DNA from: Lingula anatina
Lineage: Eukaryota > Animalia > Brachiopoda
Length of the DNA stretch: 64,000 nt
Assembly: GCA_051362555.1 (NCBI GenBank)
Contig: CM120640.1
Span: 35,297,967-35,361,966, forward strand
Reading direction: 5' to 3'
How positions within the stretch are numbered: the stretch's first letter is position 1; each line of letters opens with the position of its first letter. The notes under the pieces were generated by a model that was not told the DNA's origin, searched no databases, and saw only the letters and a program-made list of their open reading frames with translations. The position numbers and the translations under genes are program-made. Below are positions 48,501 through 61,374 of this stretch, piece by piece.

Positions 48501-51500
48501 CAGGGGAATTTTAAAACGTTCTCCGGTCAAGTCTGCCCCACATTCCAGGACGGTGTTTTCCAGAGGACAAACTGGAGCTACTAGTGCCCCCAAAGTGGGC
48601 AGTCACGAGGTGAAAGACAGCATTGAACTGAATAGGGAACATATACAACAGCAAAAACAGGAGAAAAAGGTGAGCTAAAGGGTGTATTGAACAGTTTACC
48701 AGACACTGCATAACTCAGATACTTAAGGAACAGAAAAATTACATAAGGGTAAAATGTTGGGCATGTTCTTAAGTTTCAGTTAATATTTAAGAAAAAAATC
48801 TTTTCCACAAGGTGACTTTATATGCCTTTGCAGGTTCTACTGTAAAGTTTTAAGGCAATATCAATTCACTATACGAGATGCCCAATTTGAAGGATTATTA
48901 TTTTCTAAAAGTCTGGGTCAACATAAATGCATTTTTCCTGAATAACAGGCAGGTAAAGTAGTTGAATGTGTTTGTGAGATAAAAAAATTGATTTAGGCTG
49001 GCAGACAAAAATTGATTACAACTCATCAGGATTGGGATCCTCCCAGTAATGGATATTATTTTTAATACAGATACCAATGACACTGCCAAGAATGCTTTTA
49101 GTGCAGTGGAAGAACACAATAAAAAACCACTGAATCATACCCAATACATGCATGCCAATATCTGGATTCTGTGAAAAAGAAAACCAATTGGGACAGCCAG
49201 AAAATTAGATAATTAGAAACTTAACTTCATCTTCAATATTCAAAGACTTCCATGATGTTTTCAGTTATTTTCACAAATTATCCCTTTAAAAAATCTCAAA
49301 GGATACAAACTTTTACTTGACTTTCTATTGAATCAGGTAATAGCCAGCAGCAATGACAGTTATAATACAAATATCACATTACAAGTATCCCCGAAAGAGC
49401 ACAGGCAGTAATTGTATTTGCCAACATTAGCTTGTCTATTTGGAGGTTTTGTCCAAATTTAAAGAAGTAAATGCATTTCTTAAAGAATAGTCTGTGAATT
49501 TATTTGGGATTGTTAGTGTGTCTATTTGGATATTTTGTCCCAATGGACACAAGTGCCAATGGCGCTTGTTTCATATCCAGGTCATAGGAGTTTTAGTTTG
49601 CTTTTCCACTGAATTTTATTTGACAAAGGAAATTAAGGCTCATATTTTACAGGTATATAAACTGTACTGAGTAATGTAAAAGTGTCCTCATTGTGTGAAT
49701 TATATGCTAATATATTGAAGTGCTTAACTTTTATTGTAGTTGGGTTACTATTTATCCAAATTACTCTCTTTATATTTGTTAGTTTCTAGATATATTATCA
49801 ATAGCATTAGCAAGTTAGTTGAAGAAGCGTGGTTAAACTTATTTTTTATGGTATTTTTTTCTCTCTCTGTAAGATCTTTTTGCTTTGAATAGTTTTTCTT
49901 TTAGCTATATTATTCTTGTTAAAAAGAAAAGTCAGCTGTACCTGATATTAATAATTTTGGTGTAAGATGCTAGAGATAACAATTATGGAAAAAAGTTTGA
50001 ACAGGTTACAAATGATCCCCAGTCTCTATCACAATGTTGAGTCGGGTAAATTTCAAAAATCAGTTCATAGAAGCAAAAAACCTTACAAAATTTCAAGGGC
50101 CCACTATCAAGGTAAATATTTGAAATAAATATCTTAACATGCTTTGGGAAAATTTGTTCAGCTTTTCAGTTATTCCTATGTTGGTTTTAAAAGCTACTAA
50201 ATTGGCTAATATTACAGCACAAGAGAAAGAAATCAGTGAGATTTGCTGACCTGGCCTATGAGGATGAGGACAGTGGTGAGGAGAGCCAGGAGGAGGCCAT
50301 TGAAGAGACAGTGTACAGGGCCAAACCAGGCGAGAAACAGAAACAGGAGGAGCAAGGTATTCACTTTTGATTTATTATTACAGATTTTATTTTATTTAAT
50401 TTTATTTATTGTTTTCTTTATTTCATTCATGTATTCAACTTTATGTTCTTCAATTATTTATTTATATAAATGCTTAATTATGCTGAGATTGATAAAAATG
50501 ACCTTACTTCTATTGAGTAAGCACCCGTCCAACTTGCGTATCTTGAGAAGAAACAATACTCAGACTAGTCTTTGTAGGTTTTTGTTATATTTAAATGACA
50601 AGATATATCCTACCCTGTTAAAGTGGGATAACTTTTCACATATTGAATATGTTTTTGAATTATATTTACTCTGATATCATAAATTACTTTTTAGTCAAAA
50701 GTGCAGTAATAATTACAGCTTTACTTCAAATTTATTACAGCCAAAACAGTCAAAACCATTCCACAAACAGACAAGAAACCTCCCATAGCAAGAGCAGTAT
50801 CTGCTAAGACCACACCTACGGCCACCTCTCAGAAGACAGTGGTCACTGCTAGGTCAATCAGTGCAGGCGTGGTCAGACGAGGTGGCCACATACAGCCTAA
50901 GCCAGCCTTCACACCCACAGCAACTAGTCAGAGAACTGTGTACTCTAACAGAAGTGACCCCTCCTCAAACACCACCAGTGTCCAGCATCAAAGTCCAGCT
51001 GTGATGACCTATACGAATGCTACAGCGTATGAACAAAATAAGCAGTCCGGAAAACCCACACCAGGTGGTGCTGTTACAGTACACACAGCCGGTGCCATGT
51101 ATGCTCCGCCTTCCACTAACACTTATACCAGTAAACCTTCTGCCGGTGCTCCAGTAGTTAGTCAGAACAATGGGGGGAATGGGGACCATAAACCTAAATA
51201 CCCCGAACCTACCTACGATGCAAATGGATTAAGATTGGACAGAACTCCCACCGATGATGAAATCAACTGGTTATGGGAGAAGGTTCGAACGTGTCTGAAT
51301 AGGGACTCGAAAAGCTCAGGGACAACTGATAGTGGGGTACCACCTTCTATGAACTCTGAAAATTCTACAGTTACTTCTTATAGACAAACTGCCCCTGTTT
51401 CTCAGAAACTCATCGATGGGACAAGTTTACTTGGTGGTGGGACTCCTAGTACCATAGCAACTTCAAGACCACAAAAAGTCACCAAAATCACAGCTCAAAT

Positions 51501-51797
51501 GATTAAGGATGGAAGTACTGTTGATCAGAATTTTGCGAGAAGACGCACAGGAAGTGATGGTGGTTTTGGAAATCGAACGACTTTGTTGCAACAGAGAAAG
51601 CAGCAGGTGGCAGCAGGAAATCAGTATAAACATTTACAGCAGGGAGGAGCTCCCCTGCAGTACGTGGTGTATCAGCACCCTGTGCCCAGTCATCAACCAC
51701 CTACTGCTGTGAATGGTGCTGGCCAAGGTCAGGATGGTGAGTACTGGCTAGTCTATACATATTAATGTCAAATAAATATTTTATTCTTTTTAATTGT

Positions 51798-51840
<43 letters not shown>

Positions 51841-52652
51841 TCCCCCCCTCCCCCCCAAAAAAAAATGTTTTTTTTTCTAGTTACCTTAGTAGATAATTTA
51901 CTAGTACTAGTCCTTAGCCTTTTCTACCATCCCAGGAAATTTTGAAAAAAAATTTCAGACTGTTACTTAGCGATTTAAAATGAAACATGTCAGTGTTTTA
52001 TTTTTGAGGAATTTTAAGAGGTCTATCAATTTTCATTAAAATAAATGTAGAGGAAGAAAAAGTATTGCTGTAGCCTTTCTAACCAAGCTTTATATCTTTG
52101 AAGTAAAGGAAACCATTTACTAGAGCAGTTTTCATCAGTTCTTGTTAAAAGACATGGCAATAAAGTTTATTTTTGTCATTGTAGTAAGTGAAAGTATGGC
52201 AGCCTTCCTGACAGGGGAGGCCCTGAGCAACCACCAGTCTATGTCTGAATCAGATATCCACCATGCTATGGAGCTAGCACAGCAGAGACAGCAAGTGGCC
52301 AATGCTGCCAGGCCAGCACAGAAAGGTAAAATGCTGCATTGATATGATATCGATTGATTATTCTGTGACAGCAATGTGCAGATGAACTGTGTGCTGCAAA
52401 TGAAAGAAGTCGGGTCATTTAATTGAAGAAATCGGGGTCATTTACTGACTTGGTTTGATATGAAAATCTCACAGTGCAATGTACTCTCTGTAGTTAGGCA
52501 CTAGATTTGCATTTTTTTGGAAAAAAGAAAATTAGTCAAAACTTTAAAAGATAAAATGTAGTTTTTGTTTGTTAAAATTCTTTTCAGTTGGTAAATCTTG
52601 AAAAAGTAATATATTGAAGTGAAGGTGTGTGAATTTTTTTAGTAATTACTGA

Positions 52653-52699
<47 letters not shown>

Positions 52700-55600
52700 T
52701 TGAGTAATGTGTTTTTTTTCACCTTTTCAGTACCCACTGCTCTTTCCATTGAAGAACAAAGACTCCTACAGTCTCTTGACAGGTTAAATGAAAGATTAAG
52801 AGGTAAGAATATTGTTGCAAAATGTGTAGGAATACTTACATTTAAGGCACAGATAAAATATAAACATTTTTCTCTGGCTCAAATAGCCTTATTCACTTTA
52901 TTAAGATATAAGTATGAAATATGTGAACAGGTGCAAGAAGAGAGAATGTTTATTGCATATAGGGAATAACCCCACTCCCATAATTATGAGAATAACACGA
53001 CTCTCATAATATTCAGAAAAGTTTCTGAATATCAAAGACACATGCTGTATTTCATTTTCAAATTTTCTTTTACACAAAAGGAAAAAAAACGAAGGAATAA
53101 ATTCACTCTCCTGATTTAGTTATTATCTGGACTGTAAAATGCACTAACCTTATCAGTTGAAAAGCACTAGCCCTTGGCAGTTATTTCTATCTCTGTCAAT
53201 TTAATAGGCTTACCTTTTGAATTGGCATAATTGAGATTTATCATATTAAATCAATAGTTCACTTTTATCAAATTAATTATCAGAAGCCAAGTTGTGAAAT
53301 ACCACCATGGCAAATTCAGCCAGACATTATTTTGCCATTTGGTTCTGTCATTATCTTTGATTTTTCTTTTCCCTGTATCCTGTTTCTGTGCTTAAAATGA
53401 CCTTCTCTTTCGCAAAAAAAGATCCTCTGTGCAAAGTAGGTAATGATAAAGTTTCCAAAGTAAAATGCATTCTCTTGAGCCTGATAATGGAGGAAGCATT
53501 TAGAGACCTCTAAATCTCTATAGCTATTGATTGAACTCTTCCCCTTAACCAAGAAATGGTGATCTGTTTCCAAAGAAAGCCTGAGGATGGGTTGATTTAC
53601 ATGTAATGTGTCTATAGTTAATGTTTCATTCATGACAGAGTGGGTAGGGATTAGTGAGGTATTACAAATTATAGCCCTGATTTGGGCTGTTCATTTCATT
53701 ATGCTTAAACTTTGGGGTGCAAACATTTGCATGTAATTTCAGCTGAATTTTATTACAAAATTGGATATTCCTAATTTGTTCCAAGTGGAATGATTATTAT
53801 CAACATGACAAATTAAAGGGGGGTTGTATATTAGGTTAACATTATGACTTTTAGATTCCTTGTTGTATTGAACGGTTTCTAATGTTGTGGCATATTTTTA
53901 GATTTGATGTAAAAATCCTAGCAGTTCTTTTCCAAATTTTTTCCAATATAAAATTATTACTTCTATGGAGTTTTCAATTTTTTTACTTCATTTTTTTTCA
54001 TATCTTTCATGTTTTTTTTACTTGTTCTTCAGTGGTAACAGATAATAGCACAAGTCCTGCATCCCAGCAGAAGCAACCTAACCCGGTAAGTATGTGTTAG
54101 AGAAATGTATTGACATTCAAAGTTAATTGCACAACATAAACATATATAATGATGTAGCAAAGTTTATTTTCCAAATTATGTAGTGTAAGTAGGTGTTAAC
54201 TAAACTGCATAATTCAGTGTTCACACTTGCATTTTTGTTTAATGTTGTTTAGAAAGATGGCACCTTTTTTACCAGCACAGTTGAATGTTGAAACTAGATA
54301 TTGAGTGAATTGCTTCAATTTTAACTAATTTTAACTTTTTTTATTTTAATACTATTATGCATAGTCTGCACTTTTCATCATTTTGTTGCTGTTTTGTTTT
54401 CATTTAAATAGACAGAAGAAGAACAAGTAACACCTATTCCATGTAAGATAGCAATTATAATGATATGCCTATATATATATTGGATTGCTATTAGTATTCA
54501 GAAATTGGGGCAAAATTTTAGTCAGGCATAACACCCTGAGTTTCATTGAATAAACTGTGACTTCCTCTACATTTCACTATTGTTTTAACAACATCTGAAA
54601 AGGAGAGTGGTCATCAGTATTCTGAAACTCGGGGCGCTGATTTAGAACACCATATCCAGTGATGTAAAATGTTTGGTCTAAATTTAAAAAAATGAAATAA
54701 CATTTATAGTGCTGTTTTTTGTTGGAAACATATTAGCTATATGAACTGTCTTAATTCAAAAGAAAAAGGAAGTTTTTGGTGAGTCAGAAATTTTCATAGC
54801 ACTTTCTTAACACAACTTATTTTGCAGACCAGACAATTTACATGCTGAAAATCAATAACACATCTCAGATCTCCTAACCATCACCATACAACTACTAATC
54901 CAAATTTACCTTTCACTCCTTGATCACAGTAACATCATGGAAAACTTGAGGTTGATGAAAGGTAACATCTATGGAAAGAAAATGCATGAAATTATTAGAT
55001 GTGAATTTTCATAACATTTTTTGAATGGTGATGTGCATCTGTGAAGTCATTATAGCTGCTTTTTATATACAGTGTGTTTTGAATTGGAAATATTAGTATA
55101 TTATATTAGTGAACTCTTTTACAGCATTTTTACAAATGTCTTTTTTGAATGCCAGATTTCTGTTTTACAGACTTGTCTTGTAGCTTATAACAATGCAGTG
55201 TGGGCCTGTAGTTATTGTTTAAATGTTATATACAGCTTAAATGTAGTAAGGTGTAGTCTTTTAAACTATGACCTTCTCTACTTCTCATTCTCTAAGCTAG
55301 TCAATAACATTTGCTTGAGAATGATCAAAACTTATGATCATTTATTTTACTTTTATGATACAATTCACATAAAACTGCATAATGACATGGGATTCTTGCT
55401 TCTCATATTTTGGTTAATATTAAAGATTGGAGGGTAATGATGATTTTTGAATGTTTTAAAGTTTTGGTTTCCATGCATTTTTCTATATTTATTTTATTTT
55501 TGCCAGATGTTTGCTCTGGTTTTTCTCTTTAATATTTACACAATTTTAAAATGATAGATTGATTATACTTTTTCTGCAACAAGCATCTAAATACATTTCC

Positions 55601-55796
55601 TATAAACTTACAATAACTATTATATGTTTAAAAAATATTTTTATTAAATTTTGATAAAATATTTGACCTTTTCCAGCCGAATGGTTCTCGAGGCCAGCAC
55701 CCTTCTTCAGCACTACACAGAAAAACGGCATCAGATAGTGTGCGAGGAAAGACACACTTCAACGCAGCAACTGGGAGACTTTACCGGTTCTATTAA
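42294..55796 (+). CDS. CEP126: Centrosomal protein CEP126/KIAA1377-like (about 1345 aa, multi-exon)
   Basis: Phase-consistent exons: 42294-42475, 45677-45828, 46487-48669, 50218-50356, 50741-51736, 52185-52325, 52731-52802, 54033-54085, 55677-55796 (TAA). Blocks resembling CEP126: ETNKRRKALAAKKK...RRQEILAKRREKQQEATERFQR, PALEEAL, GILK, DSIEL, LDRTPTDDEINWLWEKVR, SESMAAFL, ALSIEEQRLLQSLDRLNERL. The first and last coding exons are less certain. Confidence 0.85.
42493..42592. repeat. (TTTA)n(TTA)n microsatellite
   Basis: Directly visible, just after the donor at 42476. Confidence 0.95.
43297..43510. mobile_element. MITE family X, copy 3
   Basis: Internal inverted arms atccatctccaaggggtgtcttgctaaattg (43336-43366) / caatttagcgagactcctcttggagatagat (43449-43479). 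Confidence 0.78.
43754..43899. mobile_element. PIF/Harbinger-type MITE with CTG TSD
   Basis: About 35-bp TIRs (ggctccgtatctcgaaaggttcgctatgttgcgca / tgcgcaacatagcaaacctttcgagatatggagcc); CTG on both sides; the reconstructed empty site is acaaacCTGgtgtaa. Confidence 0.85.
46487..48669 (+). CDS. CEP126: CEP126-like large internal exon (2183 nt)
   Basis: Corresponds to the 719-aa ORF; acceptor tttcag at 46481-46486, donor gtgagc at 48670. Confidence 0.88.
47490..47655 (+). repeat. Coding tandem repeat (36-39 bp, about 4.5 copies) in CEP126
   Basis: NQGRVGTEINSQP / NLGRVGTEINSQP / NQGRVGADYSQP / NQGRSGPETYAQP. Confidence 0.9.
50741..51736 (+). CDS. CEP126: CEP126-like internal exon (996 nt)
   Basis: Corresponds to the 308-aa ORF; acceptor ttacag at 50740, donor gtgagt at 51737; encodes LDRTPTDDEINWLWEKVRTCL. 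Confidence 0.88.
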
Positions 55797-56634
55797 CTCT
55801 CTCTGCTTTTGTTCAGGGCATGCTTTAACTGAAATTCAGTCATGTACTTAATGCTGCACTTAAGATTCTGTTGCTGAGCTCTGGATTACAGAGAAGGCAT
55901 TCTGTAAGAAGTGTGGGTGTTATTTACGTACTTCGATGCTGTCACAGGGTTATTCTTAGAAATCTAGACTTCTTAAAAAGCACAGAGAAAAAGAAACAGG
56001 GAGTGGTTTCAGGAAATGAAACTGCTGGATTAAGTCTTGTCCTTGCAATGAATTAACACTGTGAGGGTTCAACTGCTTAAAAGGCATGTGTAAGGAGAAA
56101 TTAGTGTCATTTTTAATCTTCTGCTAGGATATTGGCAACTTTCTTAAGCTCTGACTTGTTGAGAAAGCGATGCTTATCTTCCGCCTCTAGCAGAAATATG
56201 TACCATTTACTTATATCATCATCTGAGCTGAGCAAGTCTTCCCAATATGTGGTTAGAATTTCTGAAAAAGTCATGGGACCTTTAAAATTACTGTAAGATA
56301 AGGAACACATATAAGAAGTATAGAAAGTTGCCAATGTTAAGTCATAAGACTTCAGACTGGTGGAGACTTGGGTGTGCAATATGGTTTTACATATATGCAC
56401 CCTATACAATACTTTCCTATGATGCGGTATATTGTAGTTTCTGCAACTCTGTCTAGCTGGCTAGAACGAGGAGAAACTTTCAATTACTCTGAAAAATAGC
56501 TACAGATGTACATCAACCTTTATCAGCATGCTGTAATCAAGGCAATGTTTGTTCAGTGTTACACTTTGCTGTTGTTCTGTTGTCTGCATATGTATGTGTG
56601 TATTTATATGCAATTAAGGCTGGCTTCCTTTTGT

Positions 56635-56696
56635 GTTGCTACGGTAACTGTTCAGGCATCCAAATATTCAGTTGCAGAATGAGTTGCCATGGATAT
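56635..56696. promoter_or_regulatory. Pair of RFX X-box-like motifs
   Basis: GTTGCTACGGTAAC (56635-56648) and GTTGCCATGGATAT (56683-56696) resemble GTNRCC-N(0-3)-RGYAAC. Confidence 0.5.
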
Positions 56697-58565
56697 ATCT
56701 TCAGGGTAATCTACCTGAGATTCGGAGACAAAAGTTGGATAATATTATGAATATCTCTAAGTTATGCAGCCTGAATTTGTACTTGATTTAAATGCCATAT
56801 CATACATTTTGATATGTTATGAATTGTTCGTCCTTCGCAGTGCAGAGAGCATGCGAAGCATCAATGTAAATTATAGCTTCCAGTGAAAATTTGTGCAATT
56901 ACAATTAGCTGTTGCTCATCCCACCAATTTAGTGCTACTTGCAAATGACATTACAGAATGTTAGAAAGTATGTCACTATACTATTTTTTTCTTGTCAAGT
57001 TAAGTCATTTGGATTTATGTTGTAATTGATCATTTGGAGAAAAAGAATTTCAATTTCACAGTAAATTGAATGTGTATTGCAAACGGATATTCCCCAGTAT
57101 TTATCTGCATAAATGTCAATCCATTTTAGCATTAAAGCTGCAACTTTTAACCTTATAAATTAATTTAAAAGTCCCTTTTTTTAAATGGCAAAAATGCATT
57201 ACAGGTACAAAAGTAATTTTGTCTGAAATCTGCAGACCGTCCTTGTAATTAATATTTATTTTAGCTTTTTATTTTTATGCATATTTTGCTTTGTTTTGCA
57301 TTTTCCTTTGTAATTCAACAGCATTTATTTATTATAAGTTTCCGTCCATATTATATAATTTTAAAAAATCATTATTTACCTAGGCCAATAGAAGATATCT
57401 GTATTTTTTTTTTTTTTTTACCATGTAAAATAGCTTAAAGTAAAAGATTTGTGCTATACAAAGTAGAATGCATTCCTGCTATCAGTGGATTACAAAGAAG
57501 TGGAGTAGTAAACAGGTGCAGCTACAGGTGTTGGGATAGTGCAGCTTTATAGCTTAAATTTTTAAGTAAAAAAATCCTGTCTCCTCATCATTTATCTTAA
57601 AAATTTATGACTTTATCCTAGAAAATAGGAGCTATTTACAATGAGATTTATTACTGTAAATCTAACATTATTAATTTAATCTCCCGATTTCTGAAATCAT
57701 TTCTGTGATGAGTTTAGATATTGACTGGGGTAATTTTAAGTAACTTTTGTATTATTGGAGGTAATGAAAAATTAAAAGCTATTCTACCTGTGTTATTTGC
57801 TGGTCATTTTTTACTTAGATAAAAAATTAACTTGAACATAACTGAGCTACTGCTGTGCTAGCACTGTAGCCATTGCACTCAAGTCAACATTTTTATCTGC
57901 TTGGTCCATTTTATTTTTTGTAGAAAATTGATGATTAAATCTTTTTTAATTTCAAGTTTTCAAAATAAATGCAAGTAGCATATTTTACTGGATATATGTC
58001 TCATTTATTTGTAAATAAAAAATTTTGCAAAAACATTTATTTTGGTTAAAGTTTTTTTTTTCTTTTATAACTGACCAATAGGTGTTTGAAATGTTGGCAA
58101 AATAGATGGAAATTTTCTTGTAACCATGATGTGCAAGAAGGCCAAACATTAAAGATACATTCTTAACAGCCATTACACATATGGGCCTAAAAGACACATT
58201 TTACTTTGCAAGAATGTGGTTGACTTAGTTGTGAAAGAATGACTTTAAATGTCCTATTTTGAATTAATGTTTGTTATAATTAAATACTTAAGATGCAGCC
58301 ATATGGAAGGGAGCACAACTAATCTAGGTCACATGTACAACTTTTCTCAACAGGAAAGAGTACCTTAAATCTACAAATTAAGAAGGAGAAAAGTAGTCAT
58401 CAACCTGTTGTCAGTGGAGTTGGAATAATCTGAAGACTAAGAAGTAGTTAGATGGTACCATTGCTATAGTAATAACCCAACACTGAAGGTCTTACCTGGA
58501 CATTTAGCTGAATCTTTTCCAGAACCAAAAACAGGTTGAAAATCACTACCAGAGAACTGACAATA

Positions 58566-60452
58566 ATGGCTAAAATTAATACTCTTGTGGTTTGTCTCTG
58601 TTTGATATTTTTTGTGACCGTTCTTAATGTTCTCTATGAGGGTGTTCATGTGCTAGTAGTGTCCAATACCAAGTCCAGGATCTCTCTTGTGAACCCACGT
58701 GGAAATACACCAGGACCTGGTCTGCACGAACCTACTTCTACCTTGAAGCGAGGATTATCACAAAATGAGGCCTTAGAGGCCATAGGATCTAAACTCATTA
58801 AAAACTTTGATGAAACTAGTAACTATGATTATATTGTGGAAAACAGGAGGAGAGGAAAGTCTGAAGGTGATAGTTCGAAAGATAATGGATATTTGGATAA
58901 GAAAAACCACTACTACCACAATGAAGAAATGGAAAGTGAAGATAAAAAATGGAAGCCCCTGACAGAAAATGAAAAAATTAATAGTTTGGGATATATCAAA
59001 AGGTCTTACGAAAGTGAAAAATACGACCTTTCACATTCTGATAAAAAATTAAGGAAAGAAACAACAGAAAACAGAAGTCAATTTGGTGGCAGGAGGTCTT
59101 CCATTATTGCACAACTGCAAAAAGATAAGCCTGAACAATTAGATAATAACATCTCTGAGGGAGCTGCCAATTCCAACATTATTACCCTTCACAAGGAACA
59201 GAGGCCAGCTATAGATACGTCTAACAGGGAAATGAGAATTGATAAAGCTAAGGAAGATGGATCAGCAGGTATTAAGATGTTACAAAGCCAAATAAATCAG
59301 AATTTGAATAAAACTGTTCATTTGGGAGATGTTCATACCAAAAAAGGAGAAGTGCTGCAGACAAACGAAGTCTGTCCCCCAAAGCAGTTTAGAAAACCTC
59401 CAAAGACAGACTGGTTCAAAAGCTATCCAATGATAATCAATGGCTCAGACATCTGTAAGATGAATCGGTCTGGCTTAAGACCTGGCACCTCAAAGCAAAT
59501 CTATCTTTTAGCCTGCATAACTACCAGGCAAGATGAATTTGGGTTGCGTAAGATCTTTAGAAAAACTTGGGGTCAGTACAGAGAAATCGGTGGGCATCAA
59601 ATTAGAACTTTTTTCATGTTGGCAAGCTACCCAGAGAGCATGGCAAAACAAAGGGAGGAATTACAATATGAAATTAACAGAGAGAATATGATCCACAAAG
59701 ACATAGTCCAGTTTGACTTTGTAGACTCCTATCGCAACCTCACACTGAAAACATTGCTAGCATTAAAGTGGGCTCAAGAAATGTGCCCCGACTATGTATT
59801 TTTCATGAAAAGTGAGGTGGAGATGATAATAAGATATGACCAAATTATAAAAATACTTGAAGATATCCAGCATTCGGGCAGTGGTGAAAAACTATACATG
59901 GGAAATCTTGTAAGCAGTCAGGAGCCTCTGCGTCTGAAATGGCACAAATGGTACGTCGGCTGCGATGAATATCCAGATAAAAAGTACCCAGAATACATCC
60001 AGGGCCCGCTGTACATCTTAGCCAACAAAGCTGCCTCCGCCATTTACAAAACGGCCATAACACAACCATACTTATCAATGGAAGATGCATTCATAGGAAT
60101 AGCAGCTAAAAAAGCTGGAATCCTCCCCGTTCACAATCCTGGATTTATGGCCTCGAGGTTGAATTATTCCTACTGTAACTTCACTCAATATTCAAGTCTC
60201 CACAATATCTTCACCTCAACCAGGCTTCAGTTTTGGAAAGACTTGCATAGTAATATTACTTGCCCAAAAACTCCTGTCAAATCTGTCATCCCTGATAACA
60301 AAGGTTCTGCATCAGAGGAAAAGGACACAAAACGGAATAGAAAAAATGGGAGTCATCTGGTAAATGCCTCTTATGGACTCAAAGTATTGAAAGATAGTGC
60401 ACTACCATCAGCAGTAAAAATTACAAGTGCTTTGCAAAATAATGAAAAATAA
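58566..60452 (+). CDS. Intronless GT31-family (beta-1,3-galactosyltransferase / B3GNT-like) type II membrane protein, 628 aa
   Basis: ATG at 58566 is followed by a hydrophobic signal-anchor (LVVCLCLIFFVTVLNVLY) and a long stem. GT31 motifs follow: RKIFRKTWG, EINRENMIHKDIVQFDFVDSYRNLTLKT, W..CPDYVFFMK, P.R..WHKWYV...YP...YPEY..G..Y, MEDAFIG. The expected DxD reads EVE. Confidence 0.9.
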   Translation: MAKINTLVVCLCLIFFVTVLNVLYEGVHVLVVSNTKSRISLVNPRGNTPGPGLHEPTSTLKRGLSQNEALEAIGSKLIKNFDETSNYDYIVENRRRGKSEGDSSKDNGYLDKKNHYYHNEEMESEDKKWKPLTENEKINSLGYIKRSYESEKYDLSHSDKKLRKETTENRSQFGGRRSSIIAQLQKDKPEQLDNNISEGAANSNIITLHKEQRPAIDTSNREMRIDKAKEDGSAGIKMLQSQINQNLNKTVHLGDVHTKKGEVLQTNEVCPPKQFRKPPKTDWFKSYPMIINGSDICKMNRSGLRPGTSKQIYLLACITTRQDEFGLRKIFRKTWGQYREIGGHQIRTFFMLASYPESMAKQREELQYEINRENMIHKDIVQFDFVDSYRNLTLKTLLALKWAQEMCPDYVFFMKSEVEMIIRYDQIIKILEDIQHSGSGEKLYMGNLVSSQEPLRLKWHKWYVGCDEYPDKKYPEYIQGPLYILANKAASAIYKTAITQPYLSMEDAFIGIAAKKAGILPVHNPGFMASRLNYSYCNFTQYSSLHNIFTSTRLQFWKDLHSNITCPKTPVKSVIPDNKGSASEEKDTKRNRKNGSHLVNASYGLKVLKDSALPSAVKITSALQNNEK

Positions 60453-61374
60453 TAATGATAACCAGATTACATATCATTTTTTAAAGAGACTACTATCAGA
60501 TTTACCATCATCCTGCACAAGCAGTAGTGATAACAATATCAACACACTTCCAAACAAAATTTGGGATAGGTCTTTTTCTTTTTGTAAATCAATCAATGTT
60601 ATTTATTGGTGTAATTCCTTATTTACATAAATAAGTTAAATCGCTAATAAATATAAATATAAATACATTTATATACACACTTTGTACATATATACAGATT
60701 TACAGACTTAAATTTAGAAGTCAAACTAGTACAAAATATAGTAATGTTTCAATTTATGCAGATATTTTGGTCATGAATGTTCACATAAACCTACCATTAA
60801 ACCTCAAGACGGGATATTGTCAAGTTCATGTTGTCAATGATAACTCTTTTTACAATAATATGATGAACCAAGTTGCCTCTCTTTCAAATGATCTCCATTT
60901 AATTTCATTTATGCCACTCAAGTTTTCTTTTCTTAATAACATTTTACGGTATTTGAAGCAATTATGTAAGATTCTTAAAAGGCACTCAAATCATTAAATG
61001 CATAATATTCAGTGCCTGTCAAATACTATAAAGATCATACAAGTACTACTATAAACATTTCCTTTTTTTGTTCTACCAAATTAAATTAGTTTTATCACTT
61101 ATTTCAAATGAAACCACAACTTTCTACATTTGTTGAGGTAATGATCAAGACAATTGCTCTAATGATAATAGATAAAAGTAATTATCAAATGGTTTTCTGT
61201 TTGCATTTTACTTTGATGTTTCAAATTGATTACCAACATTATACATTTAAGGGCCTATAAAATAGATGGGAAAACTGTAAACCTTGCTCACATGAAGATA
61301 TTTAGCACATGGCCATGCTGGAGATTTAACATGAACTTTTTATCGGCACACTCAAAATTATAAAAGGACAATTA

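Noticed and set aside
58536-58565. TTG start given by the ORF track for the GT31 gene
   Set aside because: In a eukaryote the ATG at 58566 (ataATGG), directly before the signal-anchor, is the plausible start.
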